Assembly (NCBI GenBank): GCA_964016885.1
Contig: OZ024741.1
Span: 120,218,001 to 120,282,000, forward strand
Source of the DNA: Eledone cirrhosa
Lineage: Eukaryota
DNA length: 64,000 nt
Direction of reading: 5' to 3'
Part shown: piece after piece, positions 46,546 through 61,459 of the stretch
How the letters are laid out: each line of letters begins with the position of its first letter
How positions within the stretch are numbered: the first letter of the stretch is position 1
Position numbers and translations under genes: made by a program
The notes under the pieces: model-generated
Seen by the model: only the letters and a program-made list of their open reading frames with translations
The model's database searches: none
Told to the model about the DNA's origin: nothing

Positions 46546-47885
46546 AGTGGCTCACATTGTGTTTGCTGTGCCTGTCCTAACACCAACGTTTGGAATACTC
46601 GATTGGAGGATAGACGAAATTGATGTTAAAACTCGAAAAATCCTAAAATAAACACCGAAAACTGTCACATCAACAGTTACATAGACCGCCTTTACTCGAA
46701 ACGTAAGCAGGGAGGCAGAGGCCTAACATCAGTTCAGACAGTACTTGAGTGTCGCATCATATCCCTCCGACAACATTTACGAACCTCCAAGCGTAGGAGC
46801 CCATCTATTGAGCAATTCTGTCTGCATGAGACAGATAAGATCATGAGAGTTGAGAAGGAACTCCTTGAAAGATACTCCCTGCATGATAATCAAAAACTCA
46901 CACCCAGCGAAATTGCCCAGCAATACCGAAGCGAGTCCATGGATGAAACACTGCATGCCTATCAGCAAAAAATCATGCATGAATATATTGCCAGGATGCT
47001 CCAGAGTGAGAGTAATATAGATAAGCAAAGTAGTCTATCTTGGATCAACAACCGCTATATTGGCTCTCACTTTGAAGGATATTTTTTTTTGCAATCCAAG
47101 AACAGGAGATCAACAAAAAGTACTTGATTCACAAAAGAGATAGGGATGTAGGCAAAATACCTAGATGGGACAACAAATGTAGACACAGTAGAATTAACAT
47201 CGAAGATGTCACCCATGTGATAAGCAGCTGTCCAAAGATGTCATCATGGTACTACCTACCTATGAAGCATGATGTAATGGCCTAAACACTATGATGCATT
47301 CCGTAGAAAAGATAACCCCGATAATAAAAGCATTAAATGTTACAGCAATGTGGAAGACATACCATACATTATATGAAAGAGTACTGGTGGAATGTTCCAG
47401 TCAAAATCCCAATAAAATGCAAGCATAACAAACCCGATATAATGATATGGGACAGGGAAAAGAAGACATGCACAGTATTGGAAGTCAGCTGCCCAGCATA
47501 TGTCAATATAATATTAAAGATTAGCGAAAAGGAGAATTGCTATGCAGAAGCTGGGTTTCACAGAAACAGAAAGAATACAACTAGTTAGGAAATTACAAAT
47601 ACAATCCATTAATAGAACAGTCAAAATATGTAAAACATTAAAATAATTCTGCATCTAATAACTGCATGTACAGATACAAAGCATATGTACATGCACACAT
47701 ATAACTCAAAACATCCACATCCACACATGTAATAACATCCATACGTGCACTCACATGCATGCAGACAAGCATACCTATCTACCTAGTTGATGTTGTTTAA
47801 ATTCCAATGAGAGAGTCTTGTGTCTATGTTAGAAACCGACTCTCTTTTTATTGGTAAAAATTTATAAAATTATAAAACCAGAAGA
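46546..47885 (+). mobile_element. R4/Dong-clade fragment (degraded 3' half)
   Basis: Collinear with 42432-43864; same 3' end aaaaccagaagaa-cata. Confidence 0.88.
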
Positions 47886-48215
47886 ACATACATACATGAT
47901 GGCTGTAACTCGATTTCGAGTAGTGCCATCGCTTGATACTTAATCATGAGCGTCACGGACTTGTCTTTTTAGTCCTGCTAGGGCCTTGTCTATGGCCAAC
48001 AATACTATGCATCGCAAAAAATGTCACATATCAAGTGATGCCTGTGCTTGAAGCTTTTTTAAGTGAGATAAGACTTTGCACGGGACCAATTACACTCTTT
48101 GAACATCGAATGCATTACCCAAAAAGTAGAACTGGTCTACATCATTGGATGCAAACGCAGGTTTTATATCAGAGTGGTCTTCTAGAGAGATGTCTTAATG
48201 AAGACTAGAAATCTC
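47886..48215 (-). mobile_element. Degraded RTE 3' remnant
   Basis: KALAGLKRQVRDAHD* matches KSLAGLKSHTRSAHR*; terminal hairpin actcgaaatcgagt..agccatc-atgt. Confidence 0.7.
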
Positions 48216-48333
48216 TCGTTCCACAAAAAAAGAAAAAAAAATACCAACAAGCATTCATTCATACATACGTACACTTACAGCTACCTAACTACTTGCATAC
48301 ATACATACATCCATACAATTATACATACATACA

Positions 48334-48365
<32 letters not shown>

Positions 48366-48382
48366 AATACACACATACATAA

Positions 48383-48947
48383 ATAATTGTTTCTACTTTG
48401 GCACAAGGCCAGCTATTTGAACGAGGGGGGGGTCGATAAAATCGACCCCCATAAGGATGAAAAGCTAACCTTTGCGTGATTTGAAGTCAGATACCGCAAA
48501 ACGTTGTCCGACTCTCTACTGATACGGCTAATTTATTAGCATCATACTTACTTAAATAATTGTTGCTACTTTTGGCACAAGGCCAGCAATTATCCCAGTG
48601 TATTACTGGTGTCTTATTTTATCGACCCCGTAAGGATGAAAGGCAAAGTTAACCTCGGTGAGATTTCAACTAGAACGTAAAGGTCCATAAATCTATGCTG
48701 CAAAGCTAGATGTCCGACTCTCTACCGATACTGCTAATCCACCGCTTAAATACATACTTAAATAATTGTTTCTACTTTTGGCACAAGGCCAGCAATTACC
48801 CAGTGTATTACTGGTACTTTATTTTATCGACGCCATAAGGATGAAAGGCAAAGTTAACCTCGGCGGGATTTGAACTCAGAATGGCAAGAGCCGTAACTCT
48901 ATGCGTCAAAGCATGGCGTCCGACCTTCTACCGATACTGCCAATCCA
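48383..48947 (-). mobile_element. Three tandem SINE copies (48383-48530 degraded, 48555-48745, 48762-48947)
   Basis: Each has the 3' end ggccttgtgccaaa(a)gtag.aacaatt and the tRNA-like head. Confidence 0.85.
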
Positions 48948-48959
48948 AAATAATAAAGC

Positions 48960-49510
48960 CAGAACATGCTTTACTAAATGTATTTTTACTCTTACCAAAC
49001 TGGTCAGTACAGCACTCAGCATAAAACGGACATTACAGGCATCCCGAGTGTCACGTTTGCGAACAATTAAATAATCAATAAAATGCCACTCTCTGGAACC
49101 TGGGTATATCATGAGCATTTCGTCCCTGCAAGAAAAATGTAAAGACGCCACATGTGCAGAAGTCCATTTTCAGAAAGGTTAGATTCTAACATTAACAATG
49201 CAGTTCTCTAGAGACTAATATCGTTTTACGTTTTGAAGAGAATCCATTACGATTATCAACCACAGCAACCTATGGTGATTTGAACTTTTCTATTATTATT
49301 GTTTTCCAGTCATTTCGAGCACTTAAACAGACATTCAACAGCCGTGCAACGTTCCTTTTCCCCTTCTTATCAGTCACAAATATCTCCACCACGGGAAGAA
49401 CAGGAGCAGGGTTTCGATTATCAGTGGCTATATGGGACGCAACCAGTTTGGGGTATTTTAGTAGAGAGTAGATTCTAAATTCTACTCCAACCCCGGCAAT
49501 GACAACCATA
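48960..49510 (-). mobile_element. Degraded RTE 5'/endonuclease fragments
   Basis: PGSREWHFIDYLIVRKRD and RKTILVSREL resemble RTE APE motifs. Confidence 0.55.
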
Positions 49511-49517
49511 TATTGAC

Positions 49518-49830
49518 ACATACGTACATACATACATACATACAAACATACATACATACATACATACATACATACATACATACATACATACATACATGCA
49601 TACATACATACATACATTCATACATACATACATACATACACGCATACATACATACATGCATACATACATACATGATGACTGCAAATTCGGCTAAAAGTAT
49701 TGCAATCACTTGTCAGATTATAGAGTTTGGTGCACTTTTAGGCTATGGCCAGCCACACGAACCTTTAACGCATCCTGAACAAGCAATGCCTGTTCTTTGA
49801 AGGTTTTTTAAGTGGGGAAAGGCCTTGCTC
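49518..49830 (-). mobile_element. Degraded RTE 3' remnant with a long (ATGT)n tail
   Basis: Similar to 47900-48080; ends gcagtcatc-atgt. Confidence 0.55.
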
Positions 49831-49854
49831 ATACATACATACACACATACATAC

Positions 49855-50362
49855 AAAAGAAAGCATGCGCAGTAGTGGAAGTTAGCTGCCAATATAATAT
49901 CAAAGATTAGCGAAAAGGAGAATATTTATGCAGAACTGATGAGAAATCTACAGATTACACCTTCAGATATATGCCTGTGATTATTGGGGCACTGGGGTAT
50001 GTTAGTAACTGCCTCAATACAAATCTTGAGAAGCTAGGCTTCATGGGAACAGAAAGAACACAACTAGTTAGGAAATTACAAGTATAATCCATTAATGGAA
50101 CAGTAAAAATATGTAAAACATTCCAAACATTTTGCATCTAATAACTGCATATACACATGTACAGATACCAAGCATATACACATGCACACATACAACTCAA
50201 AACATACACATCCACACATACAATAACATCCATCTCTACACATGCATGCATACATAATCTAGCTAGTTAATGTGTAAATTCCAATGAGAGAGTCTTGTGT
50301 CTATGTTAAAAACCGACTCTCTCTCTATTGGTAAAAATTTGTGAAATTATAAAACTAGAAGA
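49855..50362 (+). mobile_element. R4/Dong-clade 3' fragment
   Basis: Matches 43335-43864; ACAT repeats on both flanks. Confidence 0.85.
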
Positions 50363-50518
50363 ACATACATACATACATACATACATACATACATACATAC
50401 ATACATACATACATACATACATACATACATACATACATACATACATACATACATACATACATACATACATACATACATACATACATACATACATACATAC
50501 ATACATACATACATACAT

Positions 50519-53500
50519 AATTTATATGAACGATACATACACTTATGATATATGAACGATACATACACTTTAACATATAAATGTAACGTTGTTATATTAC
50601 ATTTATAAAGAAATATACAAGTAACGTTTTCGATTCAGAAACAAAAATGTAAGTGTTTGAACTGTGAATATGTTGTGAATAGGTTGTTGAACACCTATTT
50701 ATATGAATGATACATAAACTTTAACATATAAATACAGCGTTGTTATATTATATTACATTCATAAAGGAATATACTAAGTAACGGTTCTTTTTGTTCTCGA
50801 TTCAAACGATTCAAGAACAACGTTTAAAACACAGTTGTAGAATTAAAAACTAACTGAAAAGAAATATTACCCAAGCTGTGAATAACTTTAAATTTGATTC
50901 TGACAAAACTTTGTCGTAACTTTGAAAGAAGATCATCGACTATTTTGAAAAATAAATACGAAATATTAGTGAAAAGACGAACTCATCATGGCAAAAAGTA
51001 CAAGTCTCCTTCGACCAAATCGCAACTACAACCGTTGTCTACAGTGGAGCTACGAGCTTAACAAAGTATTATATGAAGCATACAAACAATCTGAACCCCA
51101 AAAGTTCGGTTTTATGCAAAGGCTAAAAACTTTATGGAACTCCAAACACCCAGAATTAGACTTTTCTCCAAAGCATTTAAATGAACAGGCAAAACGTATC
51201 ATTAGATGTAAATTGATACATTTAACGGAATTGAGTGATACTACAAATACAGCCCTGTAGACAACCACCCCACCTCCACTGACAGACAAAGAGAATGGCC
51301 AGCTAAATCTAACAGTGAACAGCTCACCAACAATTTTGCTGAAATCCATCCCTCTTCCACTGAAGAACAGCGAGAAAGGTCAGCTGACGCTAGTAGTAAT
51401 TGTCACCACATCAACAACGAGGCTGAAATTCACGACTCTACTGAACAAACAGAGCACCAAAAACTTGTGGGCACCCTACAAGTGATATGGAACGATATGT
51501 TTCAAGAGATACACAGCCTTAATGTGAGTGACAGACCATACAACACTAGAGTCAGTAAAGAACCCACAAAATTGGAATTGGAAGCGGTGAACGAAATAGC
51601 TGGCAATTATCTGAAGGCTATACGATCTAAAGGTGTAGAAACGACATTTGAAACGCTTAATGTGTTGTTATATGTTTCAGCTGTCACATTGCTATCATAT
51701 AACACACATCTAAAACCACGCAATCAAGATACAAACAGAAAGCCTGAACCAGCGTGGATGCGAAATTTAAAAACCAAAATTTTGTCACTGAGACGAAGTA
51801 TCTCACACATCGCAGTCGTTATGAAATGCAACATAGAGAGCAACTTCACACGACACCAGGAAGACCTAAAGAAAAAGTTAGAGACGATTTGGAGATACAA
51901 AATTTAAAACTTTGAACTCCAAATTACACCAGTTGAAACAACAACTCACAGCTACAACAGAAAGACTAAAATATAAGTCAACAGCACATAAACGATAAGT
52001 GCTAAATAGATTGTTTGCCAGAGATCCTAAATCAGTTTATCGCAGCTTAGGTGGCAAAAGCTCAATCCCTGTAAACGACACCCCTTCAAAAGAACAGGGT
52101 GAGAGCTACTGGAGATCTGTATGGGAAACGGATGACGGATTCAACAGACAAGCTAATTGGCTAAAAGAACTGGAACAGGACTACTGCCAACATGTCCAGA
52201 CAAAACAATATGACATAGATGGGTCAATACTGGAAACAGCTCTACAGAAAATGTCGAATAGGAAATCGCCAGGCCCAGACCTCATTACAGGATACTGGTT
52301 GAATATTTCACTTTCTATCGGCAAGATCTCATACGGCTGTTTACAGAAACCATTAAGGGCACACAAGACCTGCCCAGATGGTTATCAACTGCCACTACTC
52401 TCCTCATTCCCAAAAATAGCCAAACCACCCTTGCTAAAAAATTACCGCCCAATTGCCTGCCAAAACATCATGTATAAATTATATACTGGGTGCCTTAACC
52501 TGTTCTTACAGGATCACTGTGCTACCAACAACATCATAACACCTGAGCAAGCTGGTGGAAAGAGGGAGGTGTGGGGTTGCATAGATCACCTACTAACTAA
52601 AAAAATGATTCAGGAAAAAACAACAAAGAATCGCAGAAACATGACTGTCGTGTGGCTGGACTATCAAAAAGCATTTGATAGTGTACCTCATGGGTGGATT
52701 ATTAAGGCTTTACAGTTAGCTAAAGTCCCACAACCATTGGTAGCTGCTGTTGAACGCCTGACCAAGAACTGGTACACCAATTTGATCCTTAGAGGTGAGA
52801 AGGAGCAGGTTAAGACTGATAAGATACATTACCAGAAGGGCATCTTTCAGGGTGATAGCTTTTCAGTGCTACTCTTCGTTCTCTCACTGAATCCACTATC
52901 TTACCTACTCAGGAAACAAGGTGGACAAAGAAGTGGGCCCAGAAGTATCTCCCATCTTTTCTTTGTTGATGACCTGAAGTTGTATGGGCCAAATATCAAT
53001 GACATCAAGAAACAATTGGACCTCATTACACAATTTTCAACCGACATCAAAATGAAATTTGGTGAGTCCAAGTGTGCATATTTGGCAGTAAAACGTGGAA
53101 GAGCTGTGCCCTCCTCTAGAAATCTAGAGATGAACGGCCTGACAATACAACCTCTGCAGTCAGGTGACAACTACAGATATCTTGGACAGGATGAGAATGT
53201 CAGATATGATGGACCCATAAATAAGGAGAGAACCAGAACTGAATACCTCAGAAGAGTAAAAAAAATATGGTCATCAGAACTGTCAGCATACAACAAATAC
53301 ATTGCCCACAATACCTATGCTGTGCCAATTCTAACGCCAACATTTGGCCTACTGAACTGGTCATTGCAAGAACTAAGTGAGATGGATGTTAGAACTCGAA
53401 AACTTCTCAGTGTTACTGGGAACTTTAACATCAATGGTGATGTGGATAGGCTATACTTCTCACGCAAGGAAGGTGGCCGGGGTCTAAAATCAATATTAAC

Positions 53501-54575
53501 AACATATGAGACCCGGATAGTAACACTGAAGCAACACCTTCAACAGAGGAAAAAGGTTGGCGACCATCTTGCTCAGGTTTATGAGCATGAAAAAAGAAAT
53601 ATCATTAGAATAGCGACTGATCTGGAGGAGAGATATGGAATAAAGCCTGATATAAATCTCTCACCCAGAGAAATCGGAAGATCCTATTCAATGTTCAAAC
53701 AAGAAAAAAAAATTGACCAATTTACAGAGAAAGTTGTGCATGGATACTTGAGGCGTAAAACACAGACCATAGAGGGGATAAACCACTCAAAAAGCCTGGC
53801 ATGGAGTTCCGACAAGTTTATGACATCACACCTTGAGGGATATCTCTATGCAATACAGGAACAAGAACTCCCTACCAAATATCTGCTGCACAAAAGAGGA
53901 GGGCCAGCAGCTGACAATAAATGTAGGCTATGTAAAACAAAGATCGAGGATTTAAGCCACATTGTTGCCAGCTGCGAAAGAATGTCATCTCGCTACTACC
54001 TCCCCATGAGACACGATGGGATAGCTAGAACTATCTGGAACGCACTTCGGAAAACAAAATTAACAACAAACGAGGAAGAATATATTGAGACAGATGGCAC
54101 TAAGGAATACTGGTGGAACCTGAAAATAAAAACTGCCACCAAATTAAAGCACAACCGGCCTGATATTGTAGTTTGGGACCACACATTGAAAACGTGTTCT
54201 GTTGTGGAGATCAGCTGCCCACTTGATGTAAACGTTGTCAGAAAAATACAGGAGAAGGAGGACATCTACGGACCATTGATGAGGAGCTTACAAATCCAGT
54301 ATCCAAGATACACCTTTAGCTTCATACCCATCATTATTGGTGCTACGGGTTATATACCAACCCGCTTGGACCAAAGTATGACCGAACTTGGATTTGCGGA
54401 CAAAAAGCGCAGCTCCCTAATTCATAGTCTACAAATGGCTGCGATAGCTGGCACCTTCAAAATATGCAAAACATTCTTGCGATTCAAGGGATGACAATTT
54501 CTTTTCTTTTACAACCTTGCCACCAGGAAGGTGGCCGGTCAAAAAAATATACTCGAAATTAAGAGAAAGAGAAAA
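50519..54575 (+). mobile_element. Near full-length R4/Dong-clade LINE (second subfamily); single ORF 50988-54494, disrupted
   Basis: N-terminal Myb-like WSYELNKVLYEAY..RLKTLW; RT FFVDDLKLY; RLYFSRKEGGRGL; CRLC..HIVASC..RHD; RPDIVV..EISCP; compensating frameshifts ~52300-52435; flanked by (ACAT)n. Confidence 0.9.
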
Positions 54576-54992
54576 CATACATACATACGTATATATTGTG
54601 CTTATATGTGTGTCCATTTTTACTATGATATTATGTGTTACTAAATATGTCTTCTTTTACAGATACATCTACTATCTTTAAATACGTCATCAAAGAGACA
54701 CAATACTGACATTCAATATTTAATATCGATATCATCCAATTCCATTCTTCCATGTAAGACATTCCGTATGACAGCCATTACGTGAAGACTAAAATACAAA
54801 AATCTTCAATTTTACTCTACGATACTGGCCATATGTGGAAACACGTTAATCAATATAATAATTACTGTATTGCAGGCAAACGTTTCTTCAAAAGTACAAA
54901 TTAGAGAGTTTTTAAATCACGGAAATAAAATAAAATATTAAATTAGACACAACAATATTCGTGAATATTAATTGAATTTAAAGTATTTTAAA

Positions 54993-56977
54993 ATGGAAAA
55001 TTTCCTTCAATTCTTTATGGTTCCATTTTTACTGCTTTCAGACCTTGTATTACAAACATCAACCTACAATGTCCTAGATTCTAATGTATGTCCACCAATT
55101 TTATGTTCTGAAAGTCCTGAAACAAATCAGTGTTCGTGCCACCAAGATTGTTACCTCTACAATGACTGTTGTGTTGACATGATTAATAACACAAGTTCTA
55201 ACAACAAACAGCCATATCCATCAATGTATTATAGTTGTAGTAGAGTTAATGACGATTACTATTATCAATTTGACCACTGTCCACCTAACCATGACATTAC
55301 AGAGCATGTAATCAACTGTGAAAGTCCTAACCCGGATGACCAACTACACAACATACCTGCTTTTGGTAAAACAAGTAAAAAACTCTTCAGGAATTTATAC
55401 TGTGCTCTGTGTCACGGAGAGGAATTCATTCCATGGAGTGTTTCTTACAGATGTACTTTTTCGCTGGCAGTTCAAAATGTCACGGTTGAGAATGCTCTTG
55501 AAATAATTAATAACAGGACATGTGATGCAGTCATGGATGTCCCATCAGATGAATTAAAGCAATATATGTTAAAATGCACTCCTTCAAATTGTGCGCAAGA
55601 TATTGACAATAAAACGCTAGAATATCTATGTGTGACTGAACCTACAATGGGTGTATATGTGTATGGAAAATTATTTAGAAACATTTACTGCGCAAAGTGC
55701 AACGGCTTTGAAAACGGGATGGTTCAATGTTACAGGGGTTCCTTCAAATCAGAATATAGATTACAATACCTAGATTCTGTAATCATATATTTCGATTGGC
55801 GTTCTATCAAAATAGGAAATAATGGAGGGGAAGTTCTGCAGTTGCCTTCGTGTCCAAAACACACTGTCTACGATATAAATACCAGGCAATGTAGACAGGT
55901 TATCTTTCATACACAGTTAAACTGTACTACAACAATATTAAATGAAACTGAATATCATATCACTAGTGATGGCCTCCTTTAAATAAGACACAACGTCTGT
56001 TGAACCAATCAGAATTCAGTCAAGATTCTCAAGGTGTAAATATCTGTGTAAAAAATGGTACCAATGTAATATCAAAATATTCCACTGTTGAGGGTTATAT
56101 CACACTTATAGGACTAATAATCTCTATTCCAGCTCTAGCCATCACTATTATAGTCTATCTATGTATACCTAAACTCCTTACCTTACCAGGTAAATTACTC
56201 ATTAGTCTTTTATCAGCACTATTTCTAGCTGAGCTTCTGTTTCTGATCACACCATATGTTACTACATCTACAGCTGTGTGTACATCTTTAGCTGTTGTGA
56301 TTCATTATACCTTTCTTTCTGCTTTCTTCTGGACGAATGTCATGTCATTTGATGTCTGGTACACTTTCTCAGGACTTACACAACTTCGCAGTAGAGGAAA
56401 GAGTAGCAAGAGATTTATATTGTATTCTGTATATGCTTGGATTTCTCCATTTGTAATAGTAGCAGTGTCACTTATATTTGAATACTTACCAGGAAATCAT
56501 GGAATATCTCCAGAATATGGCAAGGGTATTTGTTGGATTACAAATGGAAAAGGTCTTTTGTACCTCTTTGCAATTCCAGTAATGATTATATTATGTCTTA
56601 ATATAACTGCATTTATCTTCACCGCAAGAGGGCTATATTTGGCTAGCAAACATTCTTCAAAATATTTATCTAAACATAATAAAAATGAATTCTTCATATA
56701 CATAAAACTAAGCTTTGTCATGGGATTAACATGGATATTTGCATTCCTATATACCTTTACAAAAATTGAAGAATTTTCTCTGCTGTTTTGTATTTTAAAC
56801 TCCTTTATTGGTTTGATTATTTGTTTATCGTTTCTTCTAACAAAGATTGTCTACCGTAGTGTACTGAAGAAGTTAGATGTGATTTCCCAATGGTCTACCA
56901 CTAAATCTACTAAAGTATCTTCAACTTCCGGTAAAACAGTTACATCTCAAATATCAACAAACATTTCGGTTCAATAA
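54993..56977 (+). CDS. Single-exon Methuselah/adhesion-like (class B-type) GPCR with a Cys-rich ectodomain; one frameshift at ~55980 (pseudogene or sequencing error)
   Basis: Signal peptide; somatomedin-B-like CSCHQDCYLYNDCCVD; two FRNxYCAxC repeats; 7 hydrophobic helices with LPGK, HYTFLSAFFW, YAW..P, PEYG..CWI, MGLTW; acceptor tcttcttttacag at 54650-54662; AATAAA ~57127. Confidence 0.88.
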
Positions 56978-57318
56978 TACTACAAATGTTATTCAGTAGA
57001 AATCAATTTCTATTATTTTTAAAAAGATTAAATCCTAATAACAATAATTATATTCTTGATGATGTGACGATACACAGGGTGTATATTTATAAATGTTAAC
57101 TATTTTATCATATAAACATATGTATAAATAAACTCTCTATGTATATTTATTACTGGAAAGTGTTTGTCTTTTGTTACATTTCTGCAGAAATTCCAGTTAT
57201 TCTATTCTTTGCTTCTTTCTCAATACGAAACAATTATACGATCGAATACAGTAATAAATTTTGTAATCCGTAATCTTGTAGCATAACAAAATGAAACATT
57301 CCATTATCGTACGGTATA

Positions 57319-57503
57319 TGGCGGTGGATTGGCAGTATCAGTAGAAGGTCGGAAGCCATGCTTTGCAGCATAGCGTTACGGCCCTTTACGTTCTGAGTTC
57401 AAATCACGCCGAGGTGATTTCATCCTTACGAGGTCGATAAAATAAAGTACCAGTAATAAACTGGGATAATTTCTGGCCTTGTGTCAAGAGTAGAAACAAT
57501 TAT
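57319..57503 (+). mobile_element. SINE, full length
   Basis: Runs ggcggtggattggcagtatc..gagttcaaatc..ggccttgtgtcaagagtagaaacaattatt. Confidence 0.87.
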
Positions 57504-58199
57504 TATACGATATTTACTTCCTTCTCTTCAGTTATTTTTATTTTGTCAGGTACTACCTTGTCAACTGTTTTTCTGCGATTGCTAAGTACATAGATGCAAG
57601 ATTGTTGCATCAATTCGATTCCCTGATTAACATACACTTACATAAAAATACAAGTATAAAAGAAAACACACTGGATTGACTGCACTACGATAATAGACAC
57701 CGATATCAATATTGTAATGAATGCAAAGAAATATATATTATTTTAATACCTTCTGGAATAAAGCACAAGATATTACAACGTCGATGGGATCCCTTGTCCA
57801 ACAACATGAACAGTCCCAACATGAGTAACTCAGAAGGACAACCACAAATTTAAAGCATCTTATTTAAAAATAATTGATTGGTAGATATACACGTATTCCT
57901 ATGAGAGTCCAATAAAATCCGAAGATGTTTATCATTTTCTTCCATTTCCAGGGAAATTCATATTTTCTGGGATGTTTCTATGCCCACATATTAGATATAT
58001 GTATATATTTATACACGTTGGTGCAGTCTCGGTTACACACTATGTTTTTATATAGATATATCTTCATATATATAAGGGCATTAACTCTAATATAGCATTT
58101 GTATACGAAATACGTGAATTTGTATATCTGGCGATATGCGGTATGTTTATAAATAAACATTTTGAAAGCCTTCAGCTATGAATTTGAAAACTCATGGCG

Positions 58200-58259
58200 T
58201 AGCGCCACCTAGTGTGTTCCAACAGAAGGACGGGTAGCTAGCGATGATGACGTCATCAT
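58200..58259. promoter_or_regulatory. Candidate CTCF site plus a palindromic CRE
   Basis: tagcgccacctagtg fits the CTCF core; atgaTGACGTCAtcat is a 16-bp palindrome; motif match only. Confidence 0.4.
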
Positions 58260-58364
58260 TTCAATATAATCAAGCTAGCGCTCCCTAACCCCTTCGCTGT
58301 CGGAACTTAATATAAGCTAAAACATAGTTTAGAAGCGTATGTAGATGGGTTGATCAGCCACATT

Positions 58365-58645
<281 letters not shown>

Positions 58646-58662
58646 TATATATATATATATAT

Positions 58663-61379
<2,717 letters not shown>

Positions 61380-61459
61380 AACTTGGGTGGGAGAACTTTC
61401 TCGCATTCGCCTCTCTGTGGTGATTGTCAAACTGAGATCAGGTTGTGTTGAAATGTGTG

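Noticed and set aside
45450-46586. N-terminus MVLGQAQQTQCEPL of the RTE ORF
   Set aside because: It is the antisense strand of the adjacent R4 fragment, not a real start
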